Below, piece by piece: positions 18,867 through 27,062 of a DNA stretch of 64,000 nucleotides; the first letter of the stretch is position 1; the number at the start of each line of letters is the position of its first letter. Position numbers and translations under genes: made by a program. Source of the DNA: Dehalococcoidia bacterium (GTDB taxonomy: Bacteria > Chloroflexota > Dehalococcoidia > Lucifugimonadales > UBA3495); assembly GCA_965237775.1 (NCBI GenBank), contig OZ250155.1, positions 4,831,814 through 4,895,813 of the forward strand, in the 5' to 3' direction. The notes beneath the pieces are model-generated. The model was given only the letters and a program-made list of their open reading frames with translations. It did no database searches and had not been told where the DNA came from.

Positions 18867-20153
18867 ATGCTAAAGATCGGCCATGAGGTCGTAAGGCCCG
18901 GCTCAAAATGGGGCGAGGTAGACGTCACCATCCCCGTACCCGAGGAATTGGAAACCGTACCCGGTATTCCTCTCAACAACCGGGAAGTTGACTGGTATGC
19001 CCGCGAATACCCGCTGGAATCGATTAACTACACGGAGCGCGCCTCCCGTGACTGGTCCAACGCCATGCGCGACCTTCACGTTGAGATGCGTGAGATCCGC
19101 AAAGAGCACGACAAGCTCAACCGCGGTCTGATCCTTGCTGGCCGCGCCACCGCCGAGATGGAGCCCGCCAGTGCGCCCACCGGCGATGACGTAACCCAGC
19201 AGATCAAAGACAAGGCTCGCGAGCTCGGTTATATGGAAGTAGGAATTGCCCCCTACGACCATCGCTATGAGTTCCAGAGCAAGAAGAACTTCACCTTCCT
19301 GCCCCACGCCATCTGCTTGGCCTATGAGCAGGACTTCGAACCCACGCAGACCATCCCCAGCGTTGACGCTGAGATCGTCCACTCCAGCACCTACCGGACG
19401 CAGGCCGCTGCCGGTCTAGAGCTGGGCAACTTCATCCGCTCCCTGGGTTACAAGGCCCACGTAATCCACTCCAGCGACGCCACCGGCCCGGTCATCCCCA
19501 TGTTCGTGGAAGCCGGTCTCGGCCAGCTCGGAGCCTGCGGCTACCTGTTGACCCCTCACCAGGGCAACCGCTGTCGGCTGATGATGGTCACCACCGACGC
19601 CAACGTTGCCTATGACAAGCCCGTCGATTATGGCATCCACGCTTTCTGCCAGGTCTGTCAGGTGTGCGTCAACCGCTGCCCCGGCCGCGCTCTCATGCGC
19701 GACAAGATCTGGTGGCGTGGTCTTGAGAAGAACAAGCTCTACTTCAAGCGCTGCCGCCCCGTAATGGCCCGCTACCTCGGTTGCGGTGTCTGCATGAAGG
19801 TATGCCCCATCCAGAAATACGGCCTGAAGAACGTCATGGAACACTATGCCGACACAGGTCAAGTCCTGGGTAAGGGCACCCACGACCTCGAAGGTTACAC
19901 CCTCGAGGGCAAGGGCTACTTCGGTCCTGGTGAGATGCCAGTATTCGACCGCGACTTCTTCGACATGCCCACCGGCACCATCGAAGACCATGCGTTCGAA
20001 GAGTTCAAGTCCAAGGCCCGCAGCACCGGCGGCGAGGTCACGGAGGAGATGCTCGAAGTGCTCAAGACCGAAATGGTCAAGGCTCTCGGCCAGGAATACG
20101 ACGTGGTCGCGATGATGGACGAGATGAACAACATCGACGCAGACTACATCTAA
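18867..20153 (+). CDS. Cytoplasmic reductive-dehalogenase/QueG-superfamily double-[4Fe-4S] protein, paralog 2 of 3
   Basis: 428 aa from ATG 18867 (MLKIGHEVVRPG), preceded by GGGAGGAG; the track ORF starts at 18822. Same Fe-S motifs as paralog 1. Confidence 0.7.
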   Translation: MLKIGHEVVRPGSKWGEVDVTIPVPEELETVPGIPLNNREVDWYAREYPLESINYTERASRDWSNAMRDLHVEMREIRKEHDKLNRGLILAGRATAEMEPASAPTGDDVTQQIKDKARELGYMEVGIAPYDHRYEFQSKKNFTFLPHAICLAYEQDFEPTQTIPSVDAEIVHSSTYRTQAAAGLELGNFIRSLGYKAHVIHSSDATGPVIPMFVEAGLGQLGACGYLLTPHQGNRCRLMMVTTDANVAYDKPVDYGIHAFCQVCQVCVNRCPGRALMRDKIWWRGLEKNKLYFKRCRPVMARYLGCGVCMKVCPIQKYGLKNVMEHYADTGQVLGKGTHDLEGYTLEGKGYFGPGEMPVFDRDFFDMPTGTIEDHAFEEFKSKARSTGGEVTEEMLEVLKTEMVKALGQEYDVVAMMDEMNNIDADYI

Positions 20154-20173
20154 ACCTTGGCCAACCCGGCGCT

Positions 20174-20247
20174 CTGGTGGGGATCCCCACCAGGGTGTCA
20201 AGCAGGAAACCACAAGGGGCCGACAGCTTGTCGGCCCCTTACTTTTC
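20174..20247 (+). terminator. Tandem hairpins / terminator after paralog 2
   Basis: Perfect 20-nt palindrome CTGGTGGGGATCCCCACCAG (20174-20193). Then AAGGGGCCGACA-GCT-TGTCGGCCCCTT (20214-20240) followed by ACTTTTCG. Confidence 0.7.
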
Positions 20248-20366
20248 GTTCATCCCTTCTCGTTCCGGCATAGACAACGCGGGATAGAGCTACGACGGGC
20301 GTGACCATCAAAATACGCGCTTATTCATATCACGAAACATAATATAAGCGTTCCATCCCCATAGGG

Positions 20367-20395
20367 TTGACAAATATATGACGAGCAAGTATCTT
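20367..20395 (+). promoter_or_regulatory. Promoter candidate for RdhA-like paralog 3
   Basis: TTGACA (20367-20372), 17 nt, TATCTT (20390-20395). Confidence 0.35.
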
Positions 20396-20449
20396 TGGCA
20401 TTACCTTGGATATACCATACCCTAGAACCAAACATACAGGGAGGAGCGC

Positions 20450-21724
20450 ATGCTAAAGATAGGCCACGAGGTCGTACGACCTGGCAAGTTCCCCGGGGAA
20501 CCATCAGTAACGATCCCCGTTCCCGAAGAATTGGAATCCGTGCCCGGAATTCCCCTCAACCAGCGCGAAGTCGACTGGTATGCCCGCGAATACCCCCTGG
20601 AAACCATGAACATCACCGAGCGGGCGTCCCGCGACTGGGCCAACACATTCCGGGACCAGCATGTTGAGATGCGTGAGATCCGCAAGGAACACGATAAGCT
20701 CAACAGGCCCCTGATTATGGCCGCACGGCTGACGGGCGACCAGGAACCCTCCGTCGAGCCAACCGGCGACGACGTCACCGAACAGATCAAGTCCAAGGCC
20801 CGTGAACTTGGTTTCTTGGAAGTCGGTATCACCTACTACGATCACCGCTACACGTACCAGAGCAAGAAGGATTGGGTGAAGTTCCCCCACGTCATATGCT
20901 TGGCCTTTGAACAAGACTACGAGCCCACCCAGACCATCCCCAGCGTCGACGCTGAGATCGTCCACTCCAGCACCTACCGGACAGAGGGTGCGGCAGGACT
21001 CGAACTGGGCAACTTCATCAACTCCCTCGGCTATCGCGCCCAGGTCCACAGCCCCAACGACAACACAGGTCCTTATATCCCAATGTTCGTGGAAGCCGGC
21101 CTCGGCCAACTCGGAGCCTGTGGCTACCTGTTGACCCCCCATGAGGGCTCCCGCTGCCGGATTATGATGATCACCACCGACGCCAACGTTGGCTATGACA
21201 AGCCCGTCGACTATGGCATCCACGCTTTCTGCCAGGTCTGTCAGGTGTGCGTCAACCGCTGCCCCGGCCGCGCCCTCATGCGCGACAAGATCTGGTGGCG
21301 CGGTCTTGAGAAGAACAAGCTCTACTTCAAGCGCTGCCGCCCCGTAATGGCCCGGTACCTCGGTTGCGGTGTCTGCATGAAGGTATGCCCCATCCAGAAG
21401 TACGGCCTGAAGAATGTCATGGAACACTATGCCGACACAGGTCAGGTCCTTGGTAAGGGCACCCACGACCTCGAAGGTTATATCCTCGAGGGCAAGGGCT
21501 ACTTCGGCCCTGGCGACATGCCGGTATTCGACCGCGACTTTTTTGAGATGCCTGCTGGCGACACCGAAGAGTGGGCCTTCAGTCAGTTCAAGGAGCAGGC
21601 TCGCTCCTCCGGCGGCGTCATCACCGATGAGATGATGGAACTCCTCAAGGAGGAAGTCTCCCGCGGCGCGGCCCAGAGCAGGGACAACCTGGAAATGATG
21701 TACGAAGAGGAAGACTACATCTAG
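20450..21724 (+). CDS. Cytoplasmic reductive-dehalogenase/QueG-superfamily double-[4Fe-4S] protein, paralog 3 of 3
   Basis: 424 aa, MLKIGHEVVRPG start, GGGAGGAG Shine-Dalgarno, identical Fe-S motif block. Confidence 0.7.
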   Translation: MLKIGHEVVRPGKFPGEPSVTIPVPEELESVPGIPLNQREVDWYAREYPLETMNITERASRDWANTFRDQHVEMREIRKEHDKLNRPLIMAARLTGDQEPSVEPTGDDVTEQIKSKARELGFLEVGITYYDHRYTYQSKKDWVKFPHVICLAFEQDYEPTQTIPSVDAEIVHSSTYRTEGAAGLELGNFINSLGYRAQVHSPNDNTGPYIPMFVEAGLGQLGACGYLLTPHEGSRCRIMMITTDANVGYDKPVDYGIHAFCQVCQVCVNRCPGRALMRDKIWWRGLEKNKLYFKRCRPVMARYLGCGVCMKVCPIQKYGLKNVMEHYADTGQVLGKGTHDLEGYILEGKGYFGPGDMPVFDRDFFEMPAGDTEEWAFSQFKEQARSSGGVITDEMMELLKEEVSRGAAQSRDNLEMMYEEEDYI

Positions 21725-21748
21725 CCCTCCCCAGTGCTCATGACTATC

Positions 21749-21823
21749 GGATGAGGGGCAAACCCCTCATCCGCCAACCCAACGGCAAAAGACGGCCCCG
21801 CCCTTGAATAAGGACGGGGCCGT
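21749..21823. terminator. Two hairpins between convergent genes (paralog 3 and the pentapeptide/TIR-like gene)
   Basis: GGATGAGGGG-CAAA-CCCCTCATCC (21749-21772). ACGGCCCCG...CGGGGCCGT (21792-21823) is followed on the minus strand by CTTTTGCC. Confidence 0.55.
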
Positions 21824-21864
21824 TATTATGCGCGGGATAGCCTTCTTGAGAGGCCCGCGTACGA

Positions 21865-23133
21865 CTAGAGCTGGAGGTCCACCACCGGGACTCCGGCGCT
21901 GCGGGGTTGCGTCTGCTTCAGCGCATCCGCCAACCGGGCTAATTGTTGCTGGTAGGTCTCCGAGTCCGACTCCCTGGTTTGGAGATTGAACACGACGTGC
22001 TCGGTCGCAATATTGCGGACCTGGCGGTTCCGGCTCTGGGTCGAAAAAGCTCCGTCTGAAGCTGCTAGGAACAGAAGCCATTGGTCCTTGGACTCCTGCT
22101 GCTCCTGCGCCTGTCGAAGGTCGTTGCGCACGCTCTCGCTCTCCAGAGTGTGCGCCGAAGAAATGACCACCAGCTTGTCATAAGGCCGGACCCACCGCTC
22201 CACTTCTTCCTGGTCCGAAGTGCTGTGCCTCTCCACCAGGGCGCTGCCCCTGGCGCCCTCGGCAAACACCCAGCAGCGGACTCCATGACCTTGCAGATCG
22301 TTTCTCAGGGTCACCGCGAACGCCTCATCCTCGTCCGCGCAGGAGATGAAACAGTCCCCCAAGGCGATCTGCGCGCCCACTATGGATGTCTGAAAGTCCG
22401 CCATTCCTTCGGGAACGCCGGCATTTCTCAGGAAGGCCTCGGCGATTTGACCCCTGGACCTGTAGAAGGAGTCAATTCCGATCGTGCTGGGGCCGTCATG
22501 CCGGACCGCATCCAACCCCTGGGCTCCGCTGAAGTCGCAGTTTTGAAACACCGTATAGCCAACGATACTGCCGCTAAACTGCGTGCCCTGCATACCAACG
22601 TTGTTGAAAATAGCCTCGTAGAAGTCGGAGCCGTCCAGGATGGCGTCGGTCAGGTCGGTCCTGGTCAAATTTGCCCGGTTTAGGATAGCGCCAGTTAGGT
22701 CCGCGCCGCTGAGGTTGGTCCCGGTCAGGTTGGCGCGGGAAAGGTTGGCGCCCGACAGGTTCGCGCCAGACAGGTCGGCGTCCGAGAGGACGATGCGGTC
22801 CATATCCGAACCGGAAAAGTCGGCCCGGGAAGACCTAGCCCCCCGCAGGTTCGCCCCGTTCAAGAGGGCGCGTGTCACGTTGGCCTGGCGCAAGTCGGCC
22901 CGGTACATGTGGCAGGGGTTCATCCGGCACCCGGAGAGGTTGGCCCGGGGCAGTGTCGCGCCCATTAAGTCGGAATTCCGGATGTCCGCTCCGGATAGGT
23001 CCACCTGTGGGATGCGCGCATAGCTCATGTATGAGGCGTTGAGGTCCAGGTTCTCGCCGGGGTGCTCCTCACGCCAACGGGCCACGGTATCCCGGCCCCG
23101 CTTTACGAGTTGTACGTGTTCCATGTTGGCCAT
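21865..23133 (-). CDS. Pentapeptide-repeat protein with C-terminal TIR-like domain
   Basis: About 170 aa of A(D/N)L(S/T/R)G-type pentapeptide repeats (ADLSGANLSGANLSRANLTGTNLSGADLTGAILNRANL). Linker HDGPSTIGIDSFYRSRGQIAEAFLRNAGVPE. Then CFISCADEDEAFAVTLRNDLQGHGVRCWVF...KLVVISSAHTLESESVRNDL, resembling the bacterial TIR core. Start set to ATG 23133 (GGAGCG Shine-Dalgarno); the track ORF starts at TTG 23154. Confidence 0.65.
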   Translation of the reverse strand: MANMEHVQLVKRGRDTVARWREEHPGENLDLNASYMSYARIPQVDLSGADIRNSDLMGATLPRANLSGCRMNPCHMYRADLRQANVTRALLNGANLRGARSSRADFSGSDMDRIVLSDADLSGANLSGANLSRANLTGTNLSGADLTGAILNRANLTRTDLTDAILDGSDFYEAIFNNVGMQGTQFSGSIVGYTVFQNCDFSGAQGLDAVRHDGPSTIGIDSFYRSRGQIAEAFLRNAGVPEGMADFQTSIVGAQIALGDCFISCADEDEAFAVTLRNDLQGHGVRCWVFAEGARGSALVERHSTSDQEEVERWVRPYDKLVVISSAHTLESESVRNDLRQAQEQQESKDQWLLFLAASDGAFSTQSRNRQVRNIATEHVVFNLQTRESDSETYQQQLARLADALKQTQPRSAGVPVVDLQL

Positions 23134-23238
23134 ATCAGCCGCTCCAAACGACAACCGAATTAGGACTTAGCAGATGGAATTTTAGCATACGCTCTTATGC
23201 GAGTTGAATCGTGAATTGGCTCCAGACACCCTCGAATC

Positions 23239-23592
23239 TCACCGGTTAACGGCGATAATCGCCCTCCGGTGAGTCCCTTCGCCGATCTTGGTCTCGCCAT
23301 CGAAGGCCACCACGTTGAACAATAGCCGGTTACGGTCCACCTCGACCAACTCCGCATGCGCGGTGATGGTCGCGCCTATGTCGGCCGGAGCCATGTGACG
23401 GACATTGACTTCGTACCCCACCGAGGTCTGGCTATCATCCAGCGTTCCCCTGACAGCCTCTATGGACGCCCCCTCCATCAGACCTATCATGGACGGGGTG
23501 CTGAACTTGCTCACGTGGGTGGCGACGTTGTGTTCGCAGACTATGGTCTGCCGCTCGCCCTTCAGTCCGGGGGCAATTCCAGGGCTTGCCAT
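23239..23592 (-). CDS. Hotdog-fold thioesterase (FlK-like / 4HBT-type)
   Basis: FSTPSMIGLMEGASIEAV...SVGYEVNVRHMAPADIGATITAHAELVEVDRNRLLFNVVAFDGETKIGEGTHRRAII. Start trimmed to ATG 23592 (ACGGAGG Shine-Dalgarno). Confidence 0.65.
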   Translation of the reverse strand: MASPGIAPGLKGERQTIVCEHNVATHVSKFSTPSMIGLMEGASIEAVRGTLDDSQTSVGYEVNVRHMAPADIGATITAHAELVEVDRNRLLFNVVAFDGETKIGEGTHRRAIIAVNR

Positions 23593-23728
23593 AAACCGGT
23601 GCCTCCGTTTCACTCAAAATGGGTCCCGGAGATGTATCATAACAGATGAGCCGCTGGCGGCGGGGTTACCCAAGCTTGAATGGGTACCTATATTAGGATA
23701 TGATGCTGCCGGTCGGAGTGGGCATGAT

Positions 23729-24652
23729 ATGTCAGCCAAAAGAGACCTGCTTTCCGTAACCGACCTCACCGCGGACGAGACACTACACGTCCTGCGAAGG
23801 GCGACAGAGATGAAGTCCGGCGGTGGTGGTCCCAGGCCCCTTCAGGGCAAGAGCATTGCCCTGCTCTTCGAGAAACCTTCTCTCCGGACCAGGTCCAGCT
23901 TTCAGGTTGGTATCCAGCAGCTAGGTGGGTTCTCCTTCTACCTGGGCCCCGAGGAAGTGGGCCTGGGGACACGAGAGCCCGCGTCCGATGTAGCGCGAGT
24001 CTTATCCGGCTACGTGGACTGCATCGTAGCGCGTGTTTTCTCTCACGAGTCCCTGGAAGAGTTGGCTGCCAACTCCACCGTCCCGGTCATCAACGCTCTA
24101 TCCGACTGGGAGCATCCCTGTCAGATACTAGCGGACTTGCTTACGATCCAGGAAAACAAGCATAACCTGGAAGGACTCAATCTGACCTTCGTAGGCGACG
24201 GCAACAACGTCGCCCGGAGTCTTTGCCTGGCGCTTCCTCCCGTCGGGATGGGTTTCACCATCGCCGCTCCGGGTGGCTACTGCCTGGACCAGGGGACCCT
24301 TGACTTAGCCCGGAGCCGGGCCGCCGCATCGGAACCCCGGGTCCAGACCCTTACCGAGCCCGCGGAAGCGGTCCAGGGTGTGGACGTCATCTATACCGAC
24401 GCATGGACCAGCATGGGGCAGGAGGCAGAATCGGAAGTCCGCAGAAAAGCGTTCCAGGGCTATACAGTGGACGGGAATTTGATGCAAAAGGCAGGCGCCG
24501 GGGCATTATTCATGCACGATATGCCAGTCCATTACGGAGAAGAAGTCGTGCCTGGGATGCTCGACCACCCTCAGTCGGTGGCCTATTCCCAGGCGCACAA
24601 CCGCCTCCACGCCCAGAAAGCCGTGATGGAACTGCTTCTAGGCGGAGAGTGA
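23729..24652 (+). CDS. argF: Ornithine carbamoyltransferase-like transcarbamylase (atypical HDMP motif)
   Basis: KPSLRTRSSF (SxRTR), WEHPCQILADL (HPxQ) and DAWTSMGQE (DxxxSMG) are present, but FMHDMPVHYGEEV stands where OTCases have FxHCLPA. Start trimmed to ATG 23729 (MSAKRDLL); the track ORF starts at 23405. Confidence 0.7.
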   Translation: MSAKRDLLSVTDLTADETLHVLRRATEMKSGGGGPRPLQGKSIALLFEKPSLRTRSSFQVGIQQLGGFSFYLGPEEVGLGTREPASDVARVLSGYVDCIVARVFSHESLEELAANSTVPVINALSDWEHPCQILADLLTIQENKHNLEGLNLTFVGDGNNVARSLCLALPPVGMGFTIAAPGGYCLDQGTLDLARSRAAASEPRVQTLTEPAEAVQGVDVIYTDAWTSMGQEAESEVRRKAFQGYTVDGNLMQKAGAGALFMHDMPVHYGEEVVPGMLDHPQSVAYSQAHNRLHAQKAVMELLLGGE

Positions 24653-24666
24653 CGGGGCGTTAAGAT

Positions 24667-26178
24667 ATGGAACACGAGCCAGAATTACCCCAGCAGCCAG
24701 AGTTCGATGTCGAACCAATGCAACCCCCGGAACTTGCCGGCCTTTACCCGGCAAGGCGGCTCCGAGTATTGGAGGATGCCGACCCTTCGCAAACCCGGCC
24801 CGGCGCCGCAGCCCAGAGCGTCGTAGAGCGCATACCCGTGGTGGCAATCGTGGGACGGCCCAACGTTGGCAAGTCCTCCCTCTTCAACCGCATTCTGAAC
24901 CGACGCCAGGCCATCGTTACCGACGTGGCCGGGACGACCCGTGACCGCCTCATGGCTGAAGCCTGGTGGGACGACTATCAATTCATACTGGTTGATACCG
25001 GAGGTCTTGAGACCCGCCCCGAGGGTACGATCCAGACCAAGGTCCAAGAACAGGCGGACATGGCCGTGGGCGACGCCGACGTGGTGATTTTCCTGACTGA
25101 CGGCTCGGAAGGGATCACTTCCACCGATTCCCTCGCCGCGGACCGGCTTAGGCGCACCCAAAAACCGGTGATCCTGGCGGTGAACAAGGTCGACAACGAA
25201 ACCCGGGAATTCGCCGCATCCGAGTTCTTCCAGCTTGGATTGGACGCACCGTTACCCATTAGCGCCTACCACAACCTGGGCATCTATCAACTCATGGACC
25301 GCGTCTGCTCCCATTTCACACCCACTTTCCCGGATGACGAAGAAGAGGACCTCGGAGCGGCGGTCACACCCCAGGCTGAAGAGCTGAAGTTGGCCATCGT
25401 TGGCCGGACCAACGTGGGCAAGTCTATGCTCCTCAATGCCATTTTGGGACACGAACGCTCTATCGTCACCCCCGAAGCCGGTACCACCAGAGACGCCCTG
25501 GATACCTACGTGAACTACAATGACCAGGACGTTGTATTGATCGACACCGCCGGAATACGGCGTCCCGGGCGTGTGCAGCGAGGGATCGAAAAGTTCAGCG
25601 TGATGCGGTCGGTCAACGCGGTGCAGCGCAGCGATATCACCCTTCTGATCACCGACGCCAGTGAACTGGCCACCGCCCAAGACTCGCATATCGCGGGCCT
25701 GGCTTGGGAGATGTGCCGCGGCCTGATCGTCGTGGTCAACAAGTGGGACCTCGCTTCGGACGGCAGCCGCCGCGCCCAGGACCGCGCAGCCTCTATCGTT
25801 CGGGAAAAGCTCCACTTCATGCCCTACGTGCCTGTCTGCTTCACTTCCGCCCTGCATCAACAGGGTATCGCCCGACTTATGGGGACAGCGTTGGAGTTGC
25901 GGCAAGAGCGGTCCCGGTTCATTCCGGCGCGGGAGTTGCAGTACGTTCTCGCCGACGCCCTGGCAGACCACACACCGCCCACCATGAAACGCCACCGCCG
26001 GGAGCGCTTGCGTATCAACCGCCTCCGGCAGATAGGCACAAACCCGCCCACATTCTTATTTACCGTGGATAACCCCAACCTGGTACACTTCTCTTACGAG
26101 AGGTATTTGGAGAACAGGATCCGGAGCAACTTCGGTTTCGACCATACCCATCTCAAGCTAGTGTTTAGAAGACGATGA
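24667..26178 (+). CDS. der: Ribosome-biogenesis GTPase Der (EngA)
   Basis: Two GTPase domains (GRPNVGKSSLFN, DTGG; GRTNVGKSMLLN, DTAG, NKWD) plus a KH-like C-terminus. The roughly 55-aa N-terminal extension means the true start may be further downstream. Confidence 0.85.
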   Translation: MEHEPELPQQPEFDVEPMQPPELAGLYPARRLRVLEDADPSQTRPGAAAQSVVERIPVVAIVGRPNVGKSSLFNRILNRRQAIVTDVAGTTRDRLMAEAWWDDYQFILVDTGGLETRPEGTIQTKVQEQADMAVGDADVVIFLTDGSEGITSTDSLAADRLRRTQKPVILAVNKVDNETREFAASEFFQLGLDAPLPISAYHNLGIYQLMDRVCSHFTPTFPDDEEEDLGAAVTPQAEELKLAIVGRTNVGKSMLLNAILGHERSIVTPEAGTTRDALDTYVNYNDQDVVLIDTAGIRRPGRVQRGIEKFSVMRSVNAVQRSDITLLITDASELATAQDSHIAGLAWEMCRGLIVVVNKWDLASDGSRRAQDRAASIVREKLHFMPYVPVCFTSALHQQGIARLMGTALELRQERSRFIPARELQYVLADALADHTPPTMKRHRRERLRINRLRQIGTNPPTFLFTVDNPNLVHFSYERYLENRIRSNFGFDHTHLKLVFRRR

Positions 26179-26894
26179 TCTTCCGCCTTACACCCCTCGT
26201 ATTCACCCTGACGGTGCTGCCGGTCATCGTCGCGGCCGTCGTATTGGCCCTCCTCACGATGCCGCACCAGGCCCCCATAGCCCGGTACGCCGCCGTTCTC
26301 ACGATCTCCTATCTCCTGGGCTCCATCCCGTGGGGATACATGATGATCCTCTGGCGCGAAGGAGTGGACGTCCGGGAACAGGGCAGCGGGCGTACCGGCA
26401 TGACCAACGTGCTGCGGACGGCGGGCGTAAAGGTAGCCGCCCTGGTCCTGGCGCTGGATATGGGGAAAGGTATCTTGTCCGTCTTCCTGGCCAGACAAGT
26501 GATTGGAGCCACTGAAGGCGAAGTAATCGCGGGGTTGCTCGCCCTGGTGGGCCACAACTGGCCGGTGTTCTTGCAGTTCCGGGGCGGGAGAGGCATTCTT
26601 ACCGCGTTTGGCGGCCTGTGGGTTATTGCCCCTCCGGTGGCCGCTATAGCCGCGGCTGTCATGTTGGTGATCACTCTCATCAGCCGTTACGTGTCCCTAG
26701 GCAACATTATCGGGGTTATCATCGCCTTCCTGGTTACCTCCGCCCTAGCCTGGATGGGGAAATACTCTCCGGCCTACGCCGCGTATACCCTGGTGGGGGG
26801 CGCTATCATCATCTGGCAGCACCGGGACAACATCCAACGCATCCTGGCCGGCAACGAGCGGCGCTTGGGCAGGCCAGCCGCCAAAACCAACTGA
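26175..26894 (+). CDS. plsY: Glycerol-3-phosphate acyltransferase PlsY
   Basis: YLLGSIPWGY and GSGRTGMTNVLRTAG motifs. Overlaps der by 4 nt. Carries an extra N-terminal hydrophobic segment of about 35 aa. Confidence 0.8.
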   Translation: MIFRLTPLVFTLTVLPVIVAAVVLALLTMPHQAPIARYAAVLTISYLLGSIPWGYMMILWREGVDVREQGSGRTGMTNVLRTAGVKVAALVLALDMGKGILSVFLARQVIGATEGEVIAGLLALVGHNWPVFLQFRGGRGILTAFGGLWVIAPPVAAIAAAVMLVITLISRYVSLGNIIGVIIAFLVTSALAWMGKYSPAYAAYTLVGGAIIIWQHRDNIQRILAGNERRLGRPAAKTN

Positions 26895-27062
26895 TCCTCA
26901 GAAGCGCGGCGCAGCCTGTCCCGCTGGAAGAGGACGGGCGCTTATTACCGACGGCGCGGTCTCTGGCTACCAACGGGCATTCCACCCTCACCAGCACCCT
27001 CTCATTGAGGGAGACATGGCAATGATGAGCTCCGGAGAAGCTCCAGGATTGAAACACTTCCA

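Noticed and set aside
19416-21466. Long antisense ORFs opposite the RdhA-like genes (19416-20213, 20504-21466, also 17517-17960 and 18012-18452). Similar antisense ORFs lie opposite znuA (1956-2717), mazG (6995-7633), the TPP enzyme (15411-16169) and many others.
   Set aside because: These are typical shadow ORFs of GC-rich DNA. Their translations are low-complexity and Arg/Gly/Ala/Pro-rich with no motifs. They lack Shine-Dalgarno sites. In every case the opposite strand carries a clearly recognisable protein.
23405-23728. Long 5' extensions of track ORFs, for example 23405 for argF, 11318 for the Leu/Phe/Val dehydrogenase, 43645 for the nitroreductase, 61055 for PrpD, 59662 for the quinone reductase and 38784 for the thiolase.
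   Set aside because: The extensions overlap neighbouring genes or promoters and lack homology-like sequence. Internal ATGs preceded by strong GGAGG-type sites coincide with the family N-termini, so the starts were trimmed.
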